Origin: Candidatus Levybacteria bacterium CG2_30_37_29
Lineage (GTDB): Bacteria; Patescibacteriota; Microgenomatia; Levybacterales; GWA1-39-11
Assembly: GCA_001873215.1 (NCBI GenBank)
Contig: MNYS01000005.1
Span: 1,367 to 65,366 of the forward strand
DNA: 64,000 nucleotides
Reading direction: 5' to 3'
A program made the position numbers and the translations under genes. Under the pieces are notes generated by a model. The model was not told the DNA's origin, ran no database searches, and saw only the letters and a list, made by a program, of their open reading frames with translations. Shown piece after piece: positions 42,002-53,356 of this stretch (within the stretch, counting starts at the first letter, position 1; each line of letters opens with the position of its first letter).

Positions 42002-43448
42002 GATATTCTTTTGTAACAACAACGTTTGAGTCTTCATAGAAAATTTTATTCCTGATACTGTTATCCCTGGGGTAAATTGTGTATTGGAGCCTCGATGTAT
42101 TATTTATTTTAGCCCCATGATATAAAAATAAAAATTTGTAGTTATCTATTCCTGTTTTAACGGTTGAAAAAAAGCCTCCCGGAATAACCCTGAATGATTT
42201 CCCCTTTGAATCTGAGATTATTTTTTGAACAACAGCATCATATACTTTCCAGCTTGATCCTAAATGGTAGGAAAAAGGAGGAAGTAGGTTTTCTGCATTT
42301 TGCGTTGTTGTATAATACTCATTTTTTATAAGCGAAAATAAGTTTAAAAAAACTAAAATAATAAATAAGACAATCATATTTGGATATTTATTTATACAAA
42401 TATAAAACGCGTAACCGATAACTATAGAAATTACAGGAAAGAGCACAGGAAAATATGCAGTTCCCGGACTTGCGTGGACAATAAAACCAAATATTGGTAC
42501 AAAAAACCAAAATGTTAATATGTATAAGTTTGGATTTTTTTTAAAACCTGATTTTCTAACATATAACAACAGGGTCAGAAAAACAAAAATAAGAATAATA
42601 AAAAAAACTACAAAAGACTGTGGGAATATTACTCCTGAAAGCTGTTGTGTAATTCTTAAAAAAACTTCATTTATGTTATAAAAGTTAGGATGAGTACCAA
42701 CCGAATACCCTAAAAATAACCTAATCCTATTTAATATCCATGCAGGAAATCCAAGCGTATACACAAAACTATTAGAAAAATCATACAAAATAAAAGGTAC
42801 CACCCCCGTTAAAAAACCACAAATTGATAAAAGCATATTTTTTTTTGTAAAGTTAATTTTGTGATAATAAAACAATATAATTAAAACTGCTAAAAGTACT
42901 GCATTTGATAATTCTACTTGTAAAAGAAACCCGAATAATAGAAAAAGCAAAAAAAACATTTTTTTACCTTTTAAGACTTTGTAAAGAACCAAGAAAAACA
43001 AAATTGTAAAAAATGGGATTGATGATGTGTGATAAGGTTGCCTTGAATTGATAATTACAAGAGGAGACGTGGCATAAAATAGACTAGACAAAAAAGCAAC
43101 TTGAGTATTAAATAATTTTTTTGTTAAAACATAAACTAAAAATGTTGTTAATACACCAATTAAAGAATATAGTACAGCCGGCGCAACAGGATTAAAGTTA
43201 GTTAAAATAAATGCAAGACCAATGATATATATAGAAATTGGTCCTTGATGAAGCCATACAACAGATGAAGGAATACCCACAAGAGGAATCACCCCGGTAA
43301 TAACCATATCCCGCGCAACCAGATAATCACGGGCCGCATCGCCAATAAAAATCATGAGATCTGAAATTTTGTATAAATTAAGAAATAAAGATAAAATAAC
43401 AATACATAATAGAAGGAAATTATTGCATGTTATAAATTTTTTTTTCAT
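41994..43448 (-). CDS. GT-C (ArnT/GT39-like) membrane glycosyltransferase
   Basis: FIGDAARD, PLVG...QGP, multi-TM. Confidence 0.8.
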   Translation of the reverse strand: MKKKFITCNNFLLLCIVILSLFLNLYKISDLMIFIGDAARDYLVARDMVITGVIPLVGIPSSVVWLHQGPISIYIIGLAFILTNFNPVAPAVLYSLIGVLTTFLVYVLTKKLFNTQVAFLSSLFYATSPLVIINSRQPYHTSSIPFFTILFFLVLYKVLKGKKMFFLLFLLFGFLLQVELSNAVLLAVLIILFYYHKINFTKKNMLLSICGFLTGVVPFILYDFSNSFVYTLGFPAWILNRIRLFLGYSVGTHPNFYNINEVFLRITQQLSGVIFPQSFVVFFIILIFVFLTLLLYVRKSGFKKNPNLYILTFWFFVPIFGFIVHASPGTAYFPVLFPVISIVIGYAFYICINKYPNMIVLFIILVFLNLFSLIKNEYYTTTQNAENLLPPFSYHLGSSWKVYDAVVQKIISDSKGKSFRVIPGGFFSTVKTGIDNYKFLFLYHGAKINNTSRLQYTIYPRDNSIRNKIFYEDSNVVVTKEYHD

Positions 43449-43451
43449 GTC

Positions 43452-44804
43452 TTATTGAATTAAATTATTCTCAACGATATATTTGTAAAACGTTTCTGCA
43501 ATTACTTCATTACCTTTTTTAGTATAGTGAATACTATCCACAAAGTATTCAAGATTTTTAGGAATTTTTGACTCAAGGTCTATAAAAGTAACGCCTCTTT
43601 CTTCTGACACTGTTTTTGTAACAGCATTGAATCCACGAATTCCATATAGTAAAGACTCTAAATTGTAATATTTATTTTGCCTCATGCAATAAAGTTGCGG
43701 GGATATAATTCGCCCTACCTCTTCTACGGAAGCATTCATTTTAAATAAAAAAGGCTGATTACCAAGAATCAAAGGAATTTTTCTTTCTTTTGTTAGTTCT
43801 ATAAGCATAGATATATTACGTCTGTATGAGGAAAGACTTAGAAATTCATGAACGGTTACTGTATTTTTGTTTTCTAAATAGTCTTTTGCCAACAATTCAA
43901 TATGTCTATTTTTAAAAGAAACTATAATATCTGAAAAAAAATTATCTTTAATAAATCTTATTAGGAAATCAACTGTTACAAGTTTTATTTGAAATACGGG
44001 CTGGGGTCGAAAATAGGAAAAAACAATATTTGAAACAGCCCCAAAAAAATGTGAGTAATCTGCTTTGTATGCACCATGTGTTAGGACGCCTTCTTTAAGA
44101 CAAGATGCATACATATCGTTTATCCCATGCCACTGTATTATCATGTCCGGACTCATATCCTGAAGTTTAAAAAGATACTGTATAAGAGAATGCTCTGAAG
44201 TATAATAATCTTTGCCTGCGTTAATTACTTCAATGTGTTTTCTAGGATATTTAATTCTTAATTTTTTTTCAAGAACCCGAACCGCATTTTGCTCGAATGG
44301 AACTTCTCGGTTTAGTACGGTAGAACCTCCCAATACAATTATTCTGAATGTATTTTTATCTTTTTGTTCCTTAATTTCTTCACCTCTGAATCCCAACGAA
44401 TTAACATTAAGATTCTCTTGTCTTGCAAGTTGTGATTGTAAAAAAGGATGAAAATTATCTATTGTATATGTATAAGAACTCGACTCATAATTTTGGTATT
44501 TTTCACGTAAAGATATCTCAATAAATAAAAAAGCTATAAATACTACCAGAGTACTTATTAGAATTTTTTTAACCGGAGTTAAAACAAACTTTTTGTTAAT
44601 AAAAATTATTTCTGATTTTTTAAAAAAGTTATTAATCAAAAACAATAATGGCAAGAAACTTATAATAAAAAATAAAAATATAAAAGAATAAAAAATAGTA
44701 TATTTTCCAAGTATCTGAGGATGAGAAGAGGTATGAAAAATCATTCCCAAAACCATCAATAAATAAAAAGTACAAAAAGAAGTTATTGTAATTTTTTTAA
44801 TCAT
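43452..44804 (-). CDS. membrane-anchored SGNH/GDSL hydrolase-fold protein
   Basis: NSLGFRG, VLGGST, EVINAG, HGIND, DSIH. Confidence 0.85.
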   Translation of the reverse strand: MIKKITITSFCTFYLLMVLGMIFHTSSHPQILGKYTIFYSFIFLFFIISFLPLLFLINNFFKKSEIIFINKKFVLTPVKKILISTLVVFIAFLFIEISLREKYQNYESSSYTYTIDNFHPFLQSQLARQENLNVNSLGFRGEEIKEQKDKNTFRIIVLGGSTVLNREVPFEQNAVRVLEKKLRIKYPRKHIEVINAGKDYYTSEHSLIQYLFKLQDMSPDMIIQWHGINDMYASCLKEGVLTHGAYKADYSHFFGAVSNIVFSYFRPQPVFQIKLVTVDFLIRFIKDNFFSDIIVSFKNRHIELLAKDYLENKNTVTVHEFLSLSSYRRNISMLIELTKERKIPLILGNQPFLFKMNASVEEVGRIISPQLYCMRQNKYYNLESLLYGIRGFNAVTKTVSEERGVTFIDLESKIPKNLEYFVDSIHYTKKGNEVIAETFYKYIVENNLIQ

Positions 44805-44850
44805 AAGAATACTGCCTAATTATACATGCAAAAATAAGTTAAAACCATAT

Positions 44851-45939
44851 CTACGAGGACAGAACTTTTCTCTTTAAAATTCTTTCAATATTGCTTGCAC
44901 TTTTTTCCCAAGTCCACTTATTTTCTATTTCTCTTCGTGCATTTTTGGGCACCTTATTAAGTATTTGTTTATTATTTAATATAGATTGTATTTTTTTAGC
45001 AATTAGTTGAGGATTTCTTAGGATAACAAATCCTGTTTTATTCTGTCTTATAGATTCTGTATAACCACCCTCAGCAACAGCAACGACTACGCACCCGCAC
45101 GATCCTGCTTCAAGAGGAATTAATCCGAAAGGTTCATCATACGCAAGACACAAAACAATTTTAGACCGCTGGTAGTAAGATCGAAGTATTTGGTCTGATA
45201 GCCATTTTTTAGAACTATCTAAAAAAGTGTATTTAATAGTATTTGGCAAATAAAAAACTGTTTCTTGAAATGTCTGATATCCTTCAATAAATTCTTTCGA
45301 ACCGACAAACAGAACATCTATGTCTTTATTTTTTTTTATTGGTGTAAAAAAAGTATGTTCAACACCCAAATAACAAACAGTGCTGTCTAGGCCGTACGCT
45401 TTATAAATATTTTTTTTTGAAAAGAGGGAATTACAAATTATTGAGTTTGCAGATTCAATATTTTTTTTATCTATTTTCTTTCTAAATATTTTAACAAACT
45501 TATCATAAATATACATATTTGTTTGTGTTGAAACAATTTTATCGTATATCATTCTTAAAGGTTCCTGACAATAATAAACAGATAGCGTTTTAAGATATCT
45601 CAATATAAAAGGAGCTTGCGTAAAAGAAGACGGATGGATAAAAACCACATCATACTTTTTTCTATCTATATCACGGGCAATTTTTTTGTGCATTCGAGAA
45701 AGTTTTAAAAGCTCAATAGAATCTTTATAAACTCTTTTTCTCCAATTTCTCTCCTCTTTTTTTACTGAACAAAATGGATATGATACAACTTGTGTAAAAT
45801 ATTTCTTTTCTTCTATGTTTGGTTTTGCGTCAACAGAATAAAAATCTACAACATGTGTTTTTTTTAAAATCTTACAAATTTGGTTTACCGCTCTTCTCGC
45901 TCCACCTCTATGTAATTCATGAAATACCGCAATTCTCAT
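44851..45939 (-). CDS. GT4 glycosyltransferase
   Basis: GGARR, CNSLFS, EPFGLIPLEAGSCG, TWE. Confidence 0.9.
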   Translation of the reverse strand: MRIAVFHELHRGGARRAVNQICKILKKTHVVDFYSVDAKPNIEEKKYFTQVVSYPFCSVKKEERNWRKRVYKDSIELLKLSRMHKKIARDIDRKKYDVVFIHPSSFTQAPFILRYLKTLSVYYCQEPLRMIYDKIVSTQTNMYIYDKFVKIFRKKIDKKNIESANSIICNSLFSKKNIYKAYGLDSTVCYLGVEHTFFTPIKKNKDIDVLFVGSKEFIEGYQTFQETVFYLPNTIKYTFLDSSKKWLSDQILRSYYQRSKIVLCLAYDEPFGLIPLEAGSCGCVVVAVAEGGYTESIRQNKTGFVILRNPQLIAKKIQSILNNKQILNKVPKNARREIENKWTWEKSASNIERILKRKVLSS

Positions 45940-46766
45940 ATTTTTTTATTTTTCATGATACATACGTAATCATAAGCAAATAAAAGATGAAAAGGAAATA
46001 ATAAAGATAACGGATAAAACCAAACAAAAATATTATAAGTAATATCTTTCCATGAAATTCTTGGTTTAAACGGCACAACCGGAATTATTTTACCTTCAAA
46101 TTCGTGTTTTGCAAAAAGATTTTTGAGATAAAAATATGTCGGCTCGTTTACGTGCTGAGCTTTATGTGTATCGTTTCTCGGATCAAGAGGTAATCCTGGA
46201 TATTCTTTTTTTGTAATTAAACTATTTAGTTTTATTAAAATATAATTAATAGGATATACCCATAACCTATGAGTAAAATCCAAATATTTCTTATTTGGTT
46301 CTGTATGAACCATAAAAATACCTCTTGGTTTTAATACCCTTGAAATCTCATCCATTACTAATTCTAATTCATCTTTATATAGGTGCTCAAAAACATCAAA
46401 AGAAGTAGCTATATCAAAATAATTTTTCTTAAACTTTAATTTTTTTGCATCCATAACAAAAAAATATACATTTTGTTTAATAAGTTTTTTTTGCTTTCTT
46501 AAACTTTCTTTTGCAATTTCTATTCCGTCTTTTGAATAATCAATACCTATTACCTTTGCTCCTCTTCTAGCACATTCAATTGCAAGATCTCCCCTACCAC
46601 AACCTATGTCAAGAATATTCATCCCATCTTTTATCTCAAGTAAGTCTACAAAATCTTTTATGCGTGGGTGAACCTTTTTTGCTTTAAATTTTTTAAATTC
46701 CTCAAATCCTAAATTACAATTTAAATAATAATTTTTTGAATAAATTTTCGGATTAACTCTTTTCAT
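45936..46766 (-). CDS. class I SAM-dependent methyltransferase
   Basis: ILDIGCGRG, DVFEHL, RVLKPRG. Confidence 0.9.
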   Translation of the reverse strand: MKRVNPKIYSKNYYLNCNLGFEEFKKFKAKKVHPRIKDFVDLLEIKDGMNILDIGCGRGDLAIECARRGAKVIGIDYSKDGIEIAKESLRKQKKLIKQNVYFFVMDAKKLKFKKNYFDIATSFDVFEHLYKDELELVMDEISRVLKPRGIFMVHTEPNKKYLDFTHRLWVYPINYILIKLNSLITKKEYPGLPLDPRNDTHKAQHVNEPTYFYLKNLFAKHEFEGKIIPVVPFKPRISWKDITYNIFVWFYPLSLLFPFHLLFAYDYVCIMKNKKI

Positions 46767-47988
46767 TACCTTTTTTAAATATCAATATTGTATAAAAAAT
46801 AATTACAGGTACTTCAGCCAGCGCCGAAATAAGAACTGAGACAGAAGCTCCTATAACTCCCCAGCGCAAAACGAACGGAACGATAACAATAGCAAGTGTC
46901 ATTAAACGAATAAATGTCATAACAGCAACATACTTTTGCTTACCTCTTGCAAGAAAAAGAGATGAGACAGACCCAAAAATTCCACGTATAGCACCATACA
47001 ACGCAAGTATTTTAAGAATAGGAATAGTGCTTATCCAAGCGCTTCCAAGAATAAATGTAACTATTTCTTTTGTAAAAATAAATAAAAACAAAAATGATAA
47101 AACAACAAGAAATGAAAGAATAACAGAGGTTTTAATAAAATTCTTTTTTAATCTTTTATTTTCATTTTGGATTTTTGTATAAACAGGAAACGTCACTTTA
47201 CTTATAACGTCGGTAATTTCGCTTACAGGTAAGACTGAGATTTTAAATGCCATTTGATAAATTCCAAGTGGACCAGCACCCAAAAGTCTTGCAATTACTA
47301 GATTATCAAGCTCTTGGGAAAGATAATGAAAAATTCCAAATATGGTTACCCACTTGCCTCTATTTAAAATGAGTCGGATTTTAATCTTTGAAAAACTAAT
47401 CTTTGGACGTAATTTAAAATAAATATAAGAAAGAACAGCCTCACTTAATGCACCGGCTATAAGACCATATACTATGCCTGCGGGAGAACGGGTTATAAAG
47501 GTTACTACAATTGAAACTAAAGTATCAACACCATATATTATGATTCGAAACCAAAATTCTTTTCCAAATTGTAGCTCCTTTTGAAATATAACCTGTGCAG
47601 GATTAATAAACCCCTTAATAAGTGGGATCAAAGCTATAAGATAAATTAAATATAGCGCTTCTGGTGCATTAAAAAAAAATGTTAAAAATGGTCCACTTAT
47701 CAAAATTAAAATACAAAGCACTAGTCCTCTTACAACTGAAATTAACCACGCTTCATTCAAATGCTCTTTAATTGCAGATTTTTCTTGAACTAAAAAAACG
47801 TTAACTCCTGTTTCAGTAAGAACTTCAAGGAACGCAAGACCAAAACTCGCTATCCCAAATAACCCAAATTGAGCAGGACTAAGAAGTCTAGCAAGCAGTA
47901 CTGTTTTAAAAATTGCTATAATACGTGTTGTACCACGAAAAGACCCAACCCACCAAATACCTTTTATTGTTCGTTTTTTATATCCCAT
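46753..47988 (-). CDS. wzx: Wzx/PST family polysaccharide flippase
   Basis: LARLLSPAQFG, DNLVIARLLG...LGIYQMA, VTFP. Confidence 0.9.
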   Translation of the reverse strand: MGYKKRTIKGIWWVGSFRGTTRIIAIFKTVLLARLLSPAQFGLFGIASFGLAFLEVLTETGVNVFLVQEKSAIKEHLNEAWLISVVRGLVLCILILISGPFLTFFFNAPEALYLIYLIALIPLIKGFINPAQVIFQKELQFGKEFWFRIIIYGVDTLVSIVVTFITRSPAGIVYGLIAGALSEAVLSYIYFKLRPKISFSKIKIRLILNRGKWVTIFGIFHYLSQELDNLVIARLLGAGPLGIYQMAFKISVLPVSEITDVISKVTFPVYTKIQNENKRLKKNFIKTSVILSFLVVLSFLFLFIFTKEIVTFILGSAWISTIPILKILALYGAIRGIFGSVSSLFLARGKQKYVAVMTFIRLMTLAIVIVPFVLRWGVIGASVSVLISALAEVPVIIFYTILIFKKGNEKS

Positions 47989-48037
47989 GATAATATTCGT
48001 AATTATACCAGCTTATTTCGTTGAAAATTACAAAACT

Positions 48038-49981
48038 CTACCATAACCGGCTATTTTCAAAATTTTCTAAAATTGAGATATCTTGTAATAATGCATTGCT
48101 AGAAATTGAAGTTATATGGTTTTTTTTTGAATATAATAAAGGCATATCATCAAGGTGTATAATGCAATATTCGCCTTGATAACACGGATTAAAATATACT
48201 TCTGTAGTTTTATCATTATTAATAACAAAAGTAATTTTTTGTTTTGATAAATTACTTATTCTCCCTTTAATTATTAATAAACTTCTGTTTGTATAAATTT
48301 TTCTGCTTACTAATGACTTGCTTAACGTTTTAAAAGTAGTAAATATGATGTTCATTTTATCAATTTCTTTTTTAATTGACATGCCCTGGGAACGGGGAAC
48401 AGAACCTAAATCAATTTTTGTTACGTAATTATAGAAATCATCATTTATTAATATGTTTTTATTGAAATAATTTCCTCCCTTCTTTAAAATTAAAAAATTA
48501 TCTATCTGCGCGTATGAATAATAATTATTAAGAATATATTGAAAAAGATACTTACTTCTAATATAGTCAGGAACGTTATCTTGGGTTGATTTTATAGAAT
48601 AATTAAGGATTACATAATTTATATTATTTTTTTCTATATAGCTAATCTTTTCAATTTGTTGCTGTTTTGTAGATGATTCATAGATAGTCATATAGTATGG
48701 AGGAATTTGGTTATTAATTACGTACAGTATCGGATCACTTGGAAAACTAAAAAATTTTTCATCTCCAACAAGTAAATGAAACTTTTCAATTACGAGCTTA
48801 TACTTACCGTTATCTGCGATTGTCTTGAGGTTTTCCTGAAAGCACTTACCGCTTACAAACATTTGTATTTTGCTAAATACTTGATTGTTTTCACTGGTAG
48901 GATAAAGAGGTGATAGATTGAAATTGAATAAAACAGATAAAGCAATAACTACTGTATAAAGAAATATATATTTTTTTGATATTCTTAGTTTAACAAGCAA
49001 CATCCTTAGCTCATAAAAAAGTGTTATTAATAAAAATGCAGCTATTAAAGTTACAATTCTATCCATAGACCGAATAATATTTTTTTGCTCAAGCAAAATT
49101 AGAATTATTATTCCAACCGACTGAATATAAAAAGAAAAATTATATTTCTTTAAAATAATTAATTTATAGAAAACTATTAATATACAGAGAGTTAAAATAA
49201 ACAATGAAAAAAGATTATCGGGAGTTTTAAGTACAGATAAAAATGGAGTTTTTGCAACAAGCGACATATCAGACAAATCAAGCATATTTTTATAAAATTT
49301 ACTTACACTATTTGAGGAAAAAAGATAAATAGTAAAAGGAACTACTCCCAAAAGAATTCCATACATGAATGAAGGAAGTAATCTTACAACAAAATCACTT
49401 ATAGTCGTTTTTTTACAGATAAGTAGGTGGATTGGCAAAAATAGCAACATAAAGATAACTGAATATACTCCCTGATCTATAAAAAGTGAAAATATAATTC
49501 CAACTGTAATTCCTATATAAAACATAATCTTACGAGACACTGTACTTCTCCAAAAGAATAAATACCCAATAACCAACCCGAGAGAAAGTAATATTCCATA
49601 TCTATTAAATGCATCAAAACCTGTAAATTTATAAATAAAGAAGAAAAAGAAAATAATACTTAGATAGGTAAATAGCTTATCTTTAAAAAGTTTCTTAAAA
49701 ATTAAATATAAGATTGATAATAATATTGGGGTTATAAAATAATACAGTATTGAAAATAACAATATGGTTTCTTTGTAATAATTTATTATTCCATATGGAT
49801 AAGAAATATCTTTGTATGGAAATAACCCAAGTTGCGCAGAATAAATCCATGAAAGAAGCACCTGGGAGTCAAAATTGCTTGGTGCGATATGATTTACGCA
49901 CAAGTTTGATATATTACTAATTGTTAAAAAACAAAAAATAACAAAAACTATAAATAGCTCTATGTATATTTTCTTTATCAT
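48038..49981 (-). CDS. polytopic membrane protein, possibly GT-C
   Basis: Many TMs, GLFPYKDISYPYG near the N-terminus, C-terminal soluble domain. Confidence 0.6.
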   Translation of the reverse strand: MIKKIYIELFIVFVIFCFLTISNISNLCVNHIAPSNFDSQVLLSWIYSAQLGLFPYKDISYPYGIINYYKETILLFSILYYFITPILLSILYLIFKKLFKDKLFTYLSIIFFFFFIYKFTGFDAFNRYGILLSLGLVIGYLFFWRSTVSRKIMFYIGITVGIIFSLFIDQGVYSVIFMLLFLPIHLLICKKTTISDFVVRLLPSFMYGILLGVVPFTIYLFSSNSVSKFYKNMLDLSDMSLVAKTPFLSVLKTPDNLFSLFILTLCILIVFYKLIILKKYNFSFYIQSVGIIILILLEQKNIIRSMDRIVTLIAAFLLITLFYELRMLLVKLRISKKYIFLYTVVIALSVLFNFNLSPLYPTSENNQVFSKIQMFVSGKCFQENLKTIADNGKYKLVIEKFHLLVGDEKFFSFPSDPILYVINNQIPPYYMTIYESSTKQQQIEKISYIEKNNINYVILNYSIKSTQDNVPDYIRSKYLFQYILNNYYSYAQIDNFLILKKGGNYFNKNILINDDFYNYVTKIDLGSVPRSQGMSIKKEIDKMNIIFTTFKTLSKSLVSRKIYTNRSLLIIKGRISNLSKQKITFVINNDKTTEVYFNPCYQGEYCIIHLDDMPLLYSKKNHITSISSNALLQDISILENFENSRLW

Positions 49982-50352
49982 TTTCTAATAAATATATATT
50001 TAAGAAGCAAAATTACAATTACTGGAAAAACTATAAATATTGAAAAACCGATTAAGTCGTAATATTGTGGATATCCTTCGTAATGAACAAAACTTACAAT
50101 TTTATTACTTTCAATAGAATAAATTGGAAAAATATTTTTTGATAATTTTAATATCAATAAAAATAATCCAATAAGCGTGAAAGAAGTAGTAATCGTAACA
50201 AAAGCAAGTCTTAATGGCTTTGAATAAATAGATAAAAAAACCAGAGGTAAAATTATAATAACATTGCTTATATTTTTAAATGCAGGCAACAAAAAACTAA
50301 AGGAAAAAATTATTAATGAAAGCATCAACAGAAACGAAAATTGTTTTTTCAT
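49978..50352 (-). CDS. small membrane protein
   Basis: About four hydrophobic segments; TATAAT lies 6 nt before the ATG at 50352. Confidence 0.6.
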   Translation of the reverse strand: MKKQFSFLLMLSLIIFSFSFLLPAFKNISNVIIILPLVFLSIYSKPLRLAFVTITTSFTLIGLFLLILKLSKNIFPIYSIESNKIVSFVHYEGYPQYYDLIGFSIFIVFPVIVILLLKYIFIRK

Positions 50353-50502
50353 GTCTATATTATATCCCAACTATTATTATTTATTAAAAACTAATCCAAA
50401 ATATAATTGTATATATTTAACTCATTGATTAATAAATACTCATACATTATACTTTATTGGGAATTCATATTTACGTCTAAATATGACAAATTGAGCAAAA
50501 AT

Positions 50503-51153
50503 ATGAAACGATTTTCAGACCAAAAAGAATACTATCTAAAGCATTTAAAAAAACAGAGAAAGGCAATGAAAAATCCTTTTTCAATACTGGGAAGACATCA
50601 TAATAACCTTGATTCGTTTATTCAAAAAGAAGTGAATAGTCTTCCTAAAGATAGTCATATTTTAGACGCAGGGTGTGGATTAAGCGCATGGACAACAAAT
50701 GCTTTAAGAAAAAAATTCATTATATCTGGTGTTGACGGAGAACCTGACGCAATTTCAGCTTGCAAAATTTTATACAAAAACCAGGATTACCAAATCGGCG
50801 ACTTATATAATTTAAAATATAAGAATAATACCTTTGACGCAATTGTCATGAGGGAGGTAATTGAACACTTCATCTTTCCTGAAAAAGCAGTAAAAGAAAT
50901 TTATCGAATTCTCAAACCCGGAGGAAAAATAATAATTACAACACCTAATTATGATAGCTTACCTTTACATTTTATTGAAAATACTTATAATCGTTTTTTT
51001 GGAGGAACTTGTAAGCCGTACAAACATGAAGTGCACCCTAGCAAATTTAAACCCTCGTCTTTAACAAAATTAATAAACAAATATTTTACTTCTGTAAAAC
51101 TTTCAACAATTGATATGGGAATATCACAAACTTTATCTGCGATAAAAGCATAA
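50503..51153 (+). CDS. class I SAM-dependent methyltransferase
   Basis: ILDAGCG, EVIEHF, RILKPGG...TTPN. Confidence 0.88.
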   Translation: MKRFSDQKEYYLKHLKKQRKAMKNPFSILGRHHNNLDSFIQKEVNSLPKDSHILDAGCGLSAWTTNALRKKFIISGVDGEPDAISACKILYKNQDYQIGDLYNLKYKNNTFDAIVMREVIEHFIFPEKAVKEIYRILKPGGKIIITTPNYDSLPLHFIENTYNRFFGGTCKPYKHEVHPSKFKPSSLTKLINKYFTSVKLSTIDMGISQTLSAIKA

Positions 51154-51216
51154 TTCGTATCCATACACAAATTCGCTTAAAAAGTATATAATAAGGCTCA
51201 ATATTTATTGTATAAA

Positions 51217-52497
51217 ATGAATCCAAAACAAATAGGAAGTTATAAATATTATGACTATTGCAGATTTTGCAAATCTAAAAAAATTTCAAGTGTAATAGAT
51301 CTCGGATATGTTCCTCTCGCAGGTGGTTTTTTAAAAAATATAAATAAGGAATCATTAACCAAAGAATTTTTTTATCCCCTTACGCTTTCTTTTTGTCAAA
51401 ATTGTTATTTACTTCAAACATCTAATGTTATCAATAAAGATATATTATTTAAAAATTATTATTACAATTCATCCTCAATTAAAACTCTAGTTAATCATTT
51501 TGAGAATGTTACAGAAGAATTACTAAGGCATCTTCCTCAAAATATTAAACCATTTATTGTAGAAATAGGAAGCAATGACGGAACACTTATTAAATCAAGT
51601 CTTTCTAAAGGCGTTAAAACGCTTGGTATTGATCCTGCAACCAATATTGTTCGTCCGTTAATGAAACAAAAATTACCTATTATTAACGATTATTTTACAG
51701 AAAAATTAGCAGTTAGAATTAAAAAGAGGTATGGCCAGGCAGATATAATTTTTAGCTCTAATACACTTGCCCATATTGAAAACATGCATGATGTTGCGCG
51801 TGGAATTAAAATTTTATTGAAAAAAAACGGAATGCTGATTTTCGAAACACATTATCTTGGAAAACTTATAAAAGAACTTCAGTACGACATGATATACCAT
51901 GAACACCAATATTATTATTCTCTTACTACGCTTAAAAAGTTTTTTAAAATGCATCAAATGGAAATATTTGATGTAAAACCAATTCAAATCCATGCCGGGT
52001 CCATGAGATATTATGTACAGAACATAAATGGAGGAAGAAAAATAACAAACTCAGTAATAAAACTTGAAAAGCGTGAAAAAAATATGAAGTTGGATAAAAA
52101 AAACACTTTTATTTTATATCAAAAGAAGGTTGAAAAAACTAAAAAACGATTGATTACATTTTTAACATCTTTAAAAAAAAGAGGACATGAAATTATTGGC
52201 TATGGAGCATCAGGTAGAGGAAGTATAATTATGAACTACTGTGGGTTAGACAGTAATAATCTTTCTTATATTGTCGATGACGCACCTGCAAAACAAAAAC
52301 TTTATACACCCGGTAACCATCTAAGAGTATATCCGCCGAAAAAAATATACAAAAACCAGGTTTCATATATACTTCTTTTTGCGTGGTCTTTTTCAAAAGA
52401 AATTATTTCAAAACACCAACTCTATATACAATCCGGAGGAAAATTCATTATTCCCCTACCAAGAGTAAGGTTGTTATCTAAAAATGAAAAAAAATAA
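51217..52497 (+). CDS. NDP-sugar C-methyltransferase (second copy)
   Basis: CRFC...CQNC, EIGSNDGTL, YHEHQYYYSL, HAGSMR, YGASGRG, FAWSF. Confidence 0.9.
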   Translation: MNPKQIGSYKYYDYCRFCKSKKISSVIDLGYVPLAGGFLKNINKESLTKEFFYPLTLSFCQNCYLLQTSNVINKDILFKNYYYNSSSIKTLVNHFENVTEELLRHLPQNIKPFIVEIGSNDGTLIKSSLSKGVKTLGIDPATNIVRPLMKQKLPIINDYFTEKLAVRIKKRYGQADIIFSSNTLAHIENMHDVARGIKILLKKNGMLIFETHYLGKLIKELQYDMIYHEHQYYYSLTTLKKFFKMHQMEIFDVKPIQIHAGSMRYYVQNINGGRKITNSVIKLEKREKNMKLDKKNTFILYQKKVEKTKKRLITFLTSLKKRGHEIIGYGASGRGSIIMNYCGLDSNNLSYIVDDAPAKQKLYTPGNHLRVYPPKKIYKNQVSYILLFAWSFSKEIISKHQLYIQSGGKFIIPLPRVRLLSKNEKK

Positions 52498-53356
52498 ACC
52501 TGTTAAAATTTTGGTTCTTGGAGCAAACGGAAAACTTGGAAGGGTTGTTTATAGCTACTTATCGTTACAAAAAGGAGTTATGACATTCGGAACATACAGA
52601 AAAATAGATACTCAAAAAAATATTTTTAAGCTAGAAGTAAAAGATTTTAAAAAAGATATCAAAATAATTTTAAATGAAATAGGAAATATAGATTATGCAA
52701 TAAACTGCATTGCTACTTTATCAGAAAACGCCTCTCGCAAAGAATTAACTTTTGTCAATTCTATATTTCCCAAAAAGCTTTCAGAGCTTGCAGAAAAAAA
52801 CAATTTCTTTTTAATACACATATCTACTGATGGAGTTTTTTCTGCTAACAGCAAAGGAGTATCGGAACTCTCTATGCCTCATCCTGATACATTTTATGGA
52901 AAAAGCAAATTATTAGGAGAACCTAAGTCAAAAAATTCCATTACTTTAAGAACCTCACTAATAGGCTTTGATCCGGATAAAAAAATGGGGCTTTTGGAGT
53001 GGGTAATTAATAATAAAAAAATTAAAGGTTTTATAAATCAAAAGTGGTCAGGAGCAACAGTACTCCAAATTGCAAAATTCATAGACATTTCAATAAAAAA
53101 TAATTATTTTAAATCTATTAGAAAAAAGACGTCCATAATTCACTTTGCGCCTTTGGGACCAATCTCAAAATATCAATTATTGAATGATTTTATTAATGTT
53201 TTTAAAATCACAAAACAAATTGAGAAAAAAAAAGCACAACAAATTACCAGATATCTTACTTCTATATTCATTGACGCTGATATCTTAAAACTGTATACTT
53301 CAAATACAAAAAAGGTCCTTACAGAATTGGTGGAATTTGAAAAAAATATTAAATGA
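52484..53356 (+). CDS. RmlD-like NDP-4-keto-6-deoxyhexose reductase
   Basis: LGANGKLG, HISTDGVF, YGKSKLLGE, RTSLIG. Confidence 0.85.
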   Translation: MKKNKPVKILVLGANGKLGRVVYSYLSLQKGVMTFGTYRKIDTQKNIFKLEVKDFKKDIKIILNEIGNIDYAINCIATLSENASRKELTFVNSIFPKKLSELAEKNNFFLIHISTDGVFSANSKGVSELSMPHPDTFYGKSKLLGEPKSKNSITLRTSLIGFDPDKKMGLLEWVINNKKIKGFINQKWSGATVLQIAKFIDISIKNNYFKSIRKKTSIIHFAPLGPISKYQLLNDFINVFKITKQIEKKKAQQITRYLTSIFIDADILKLYTSNTKKVLTELVEFEKNIK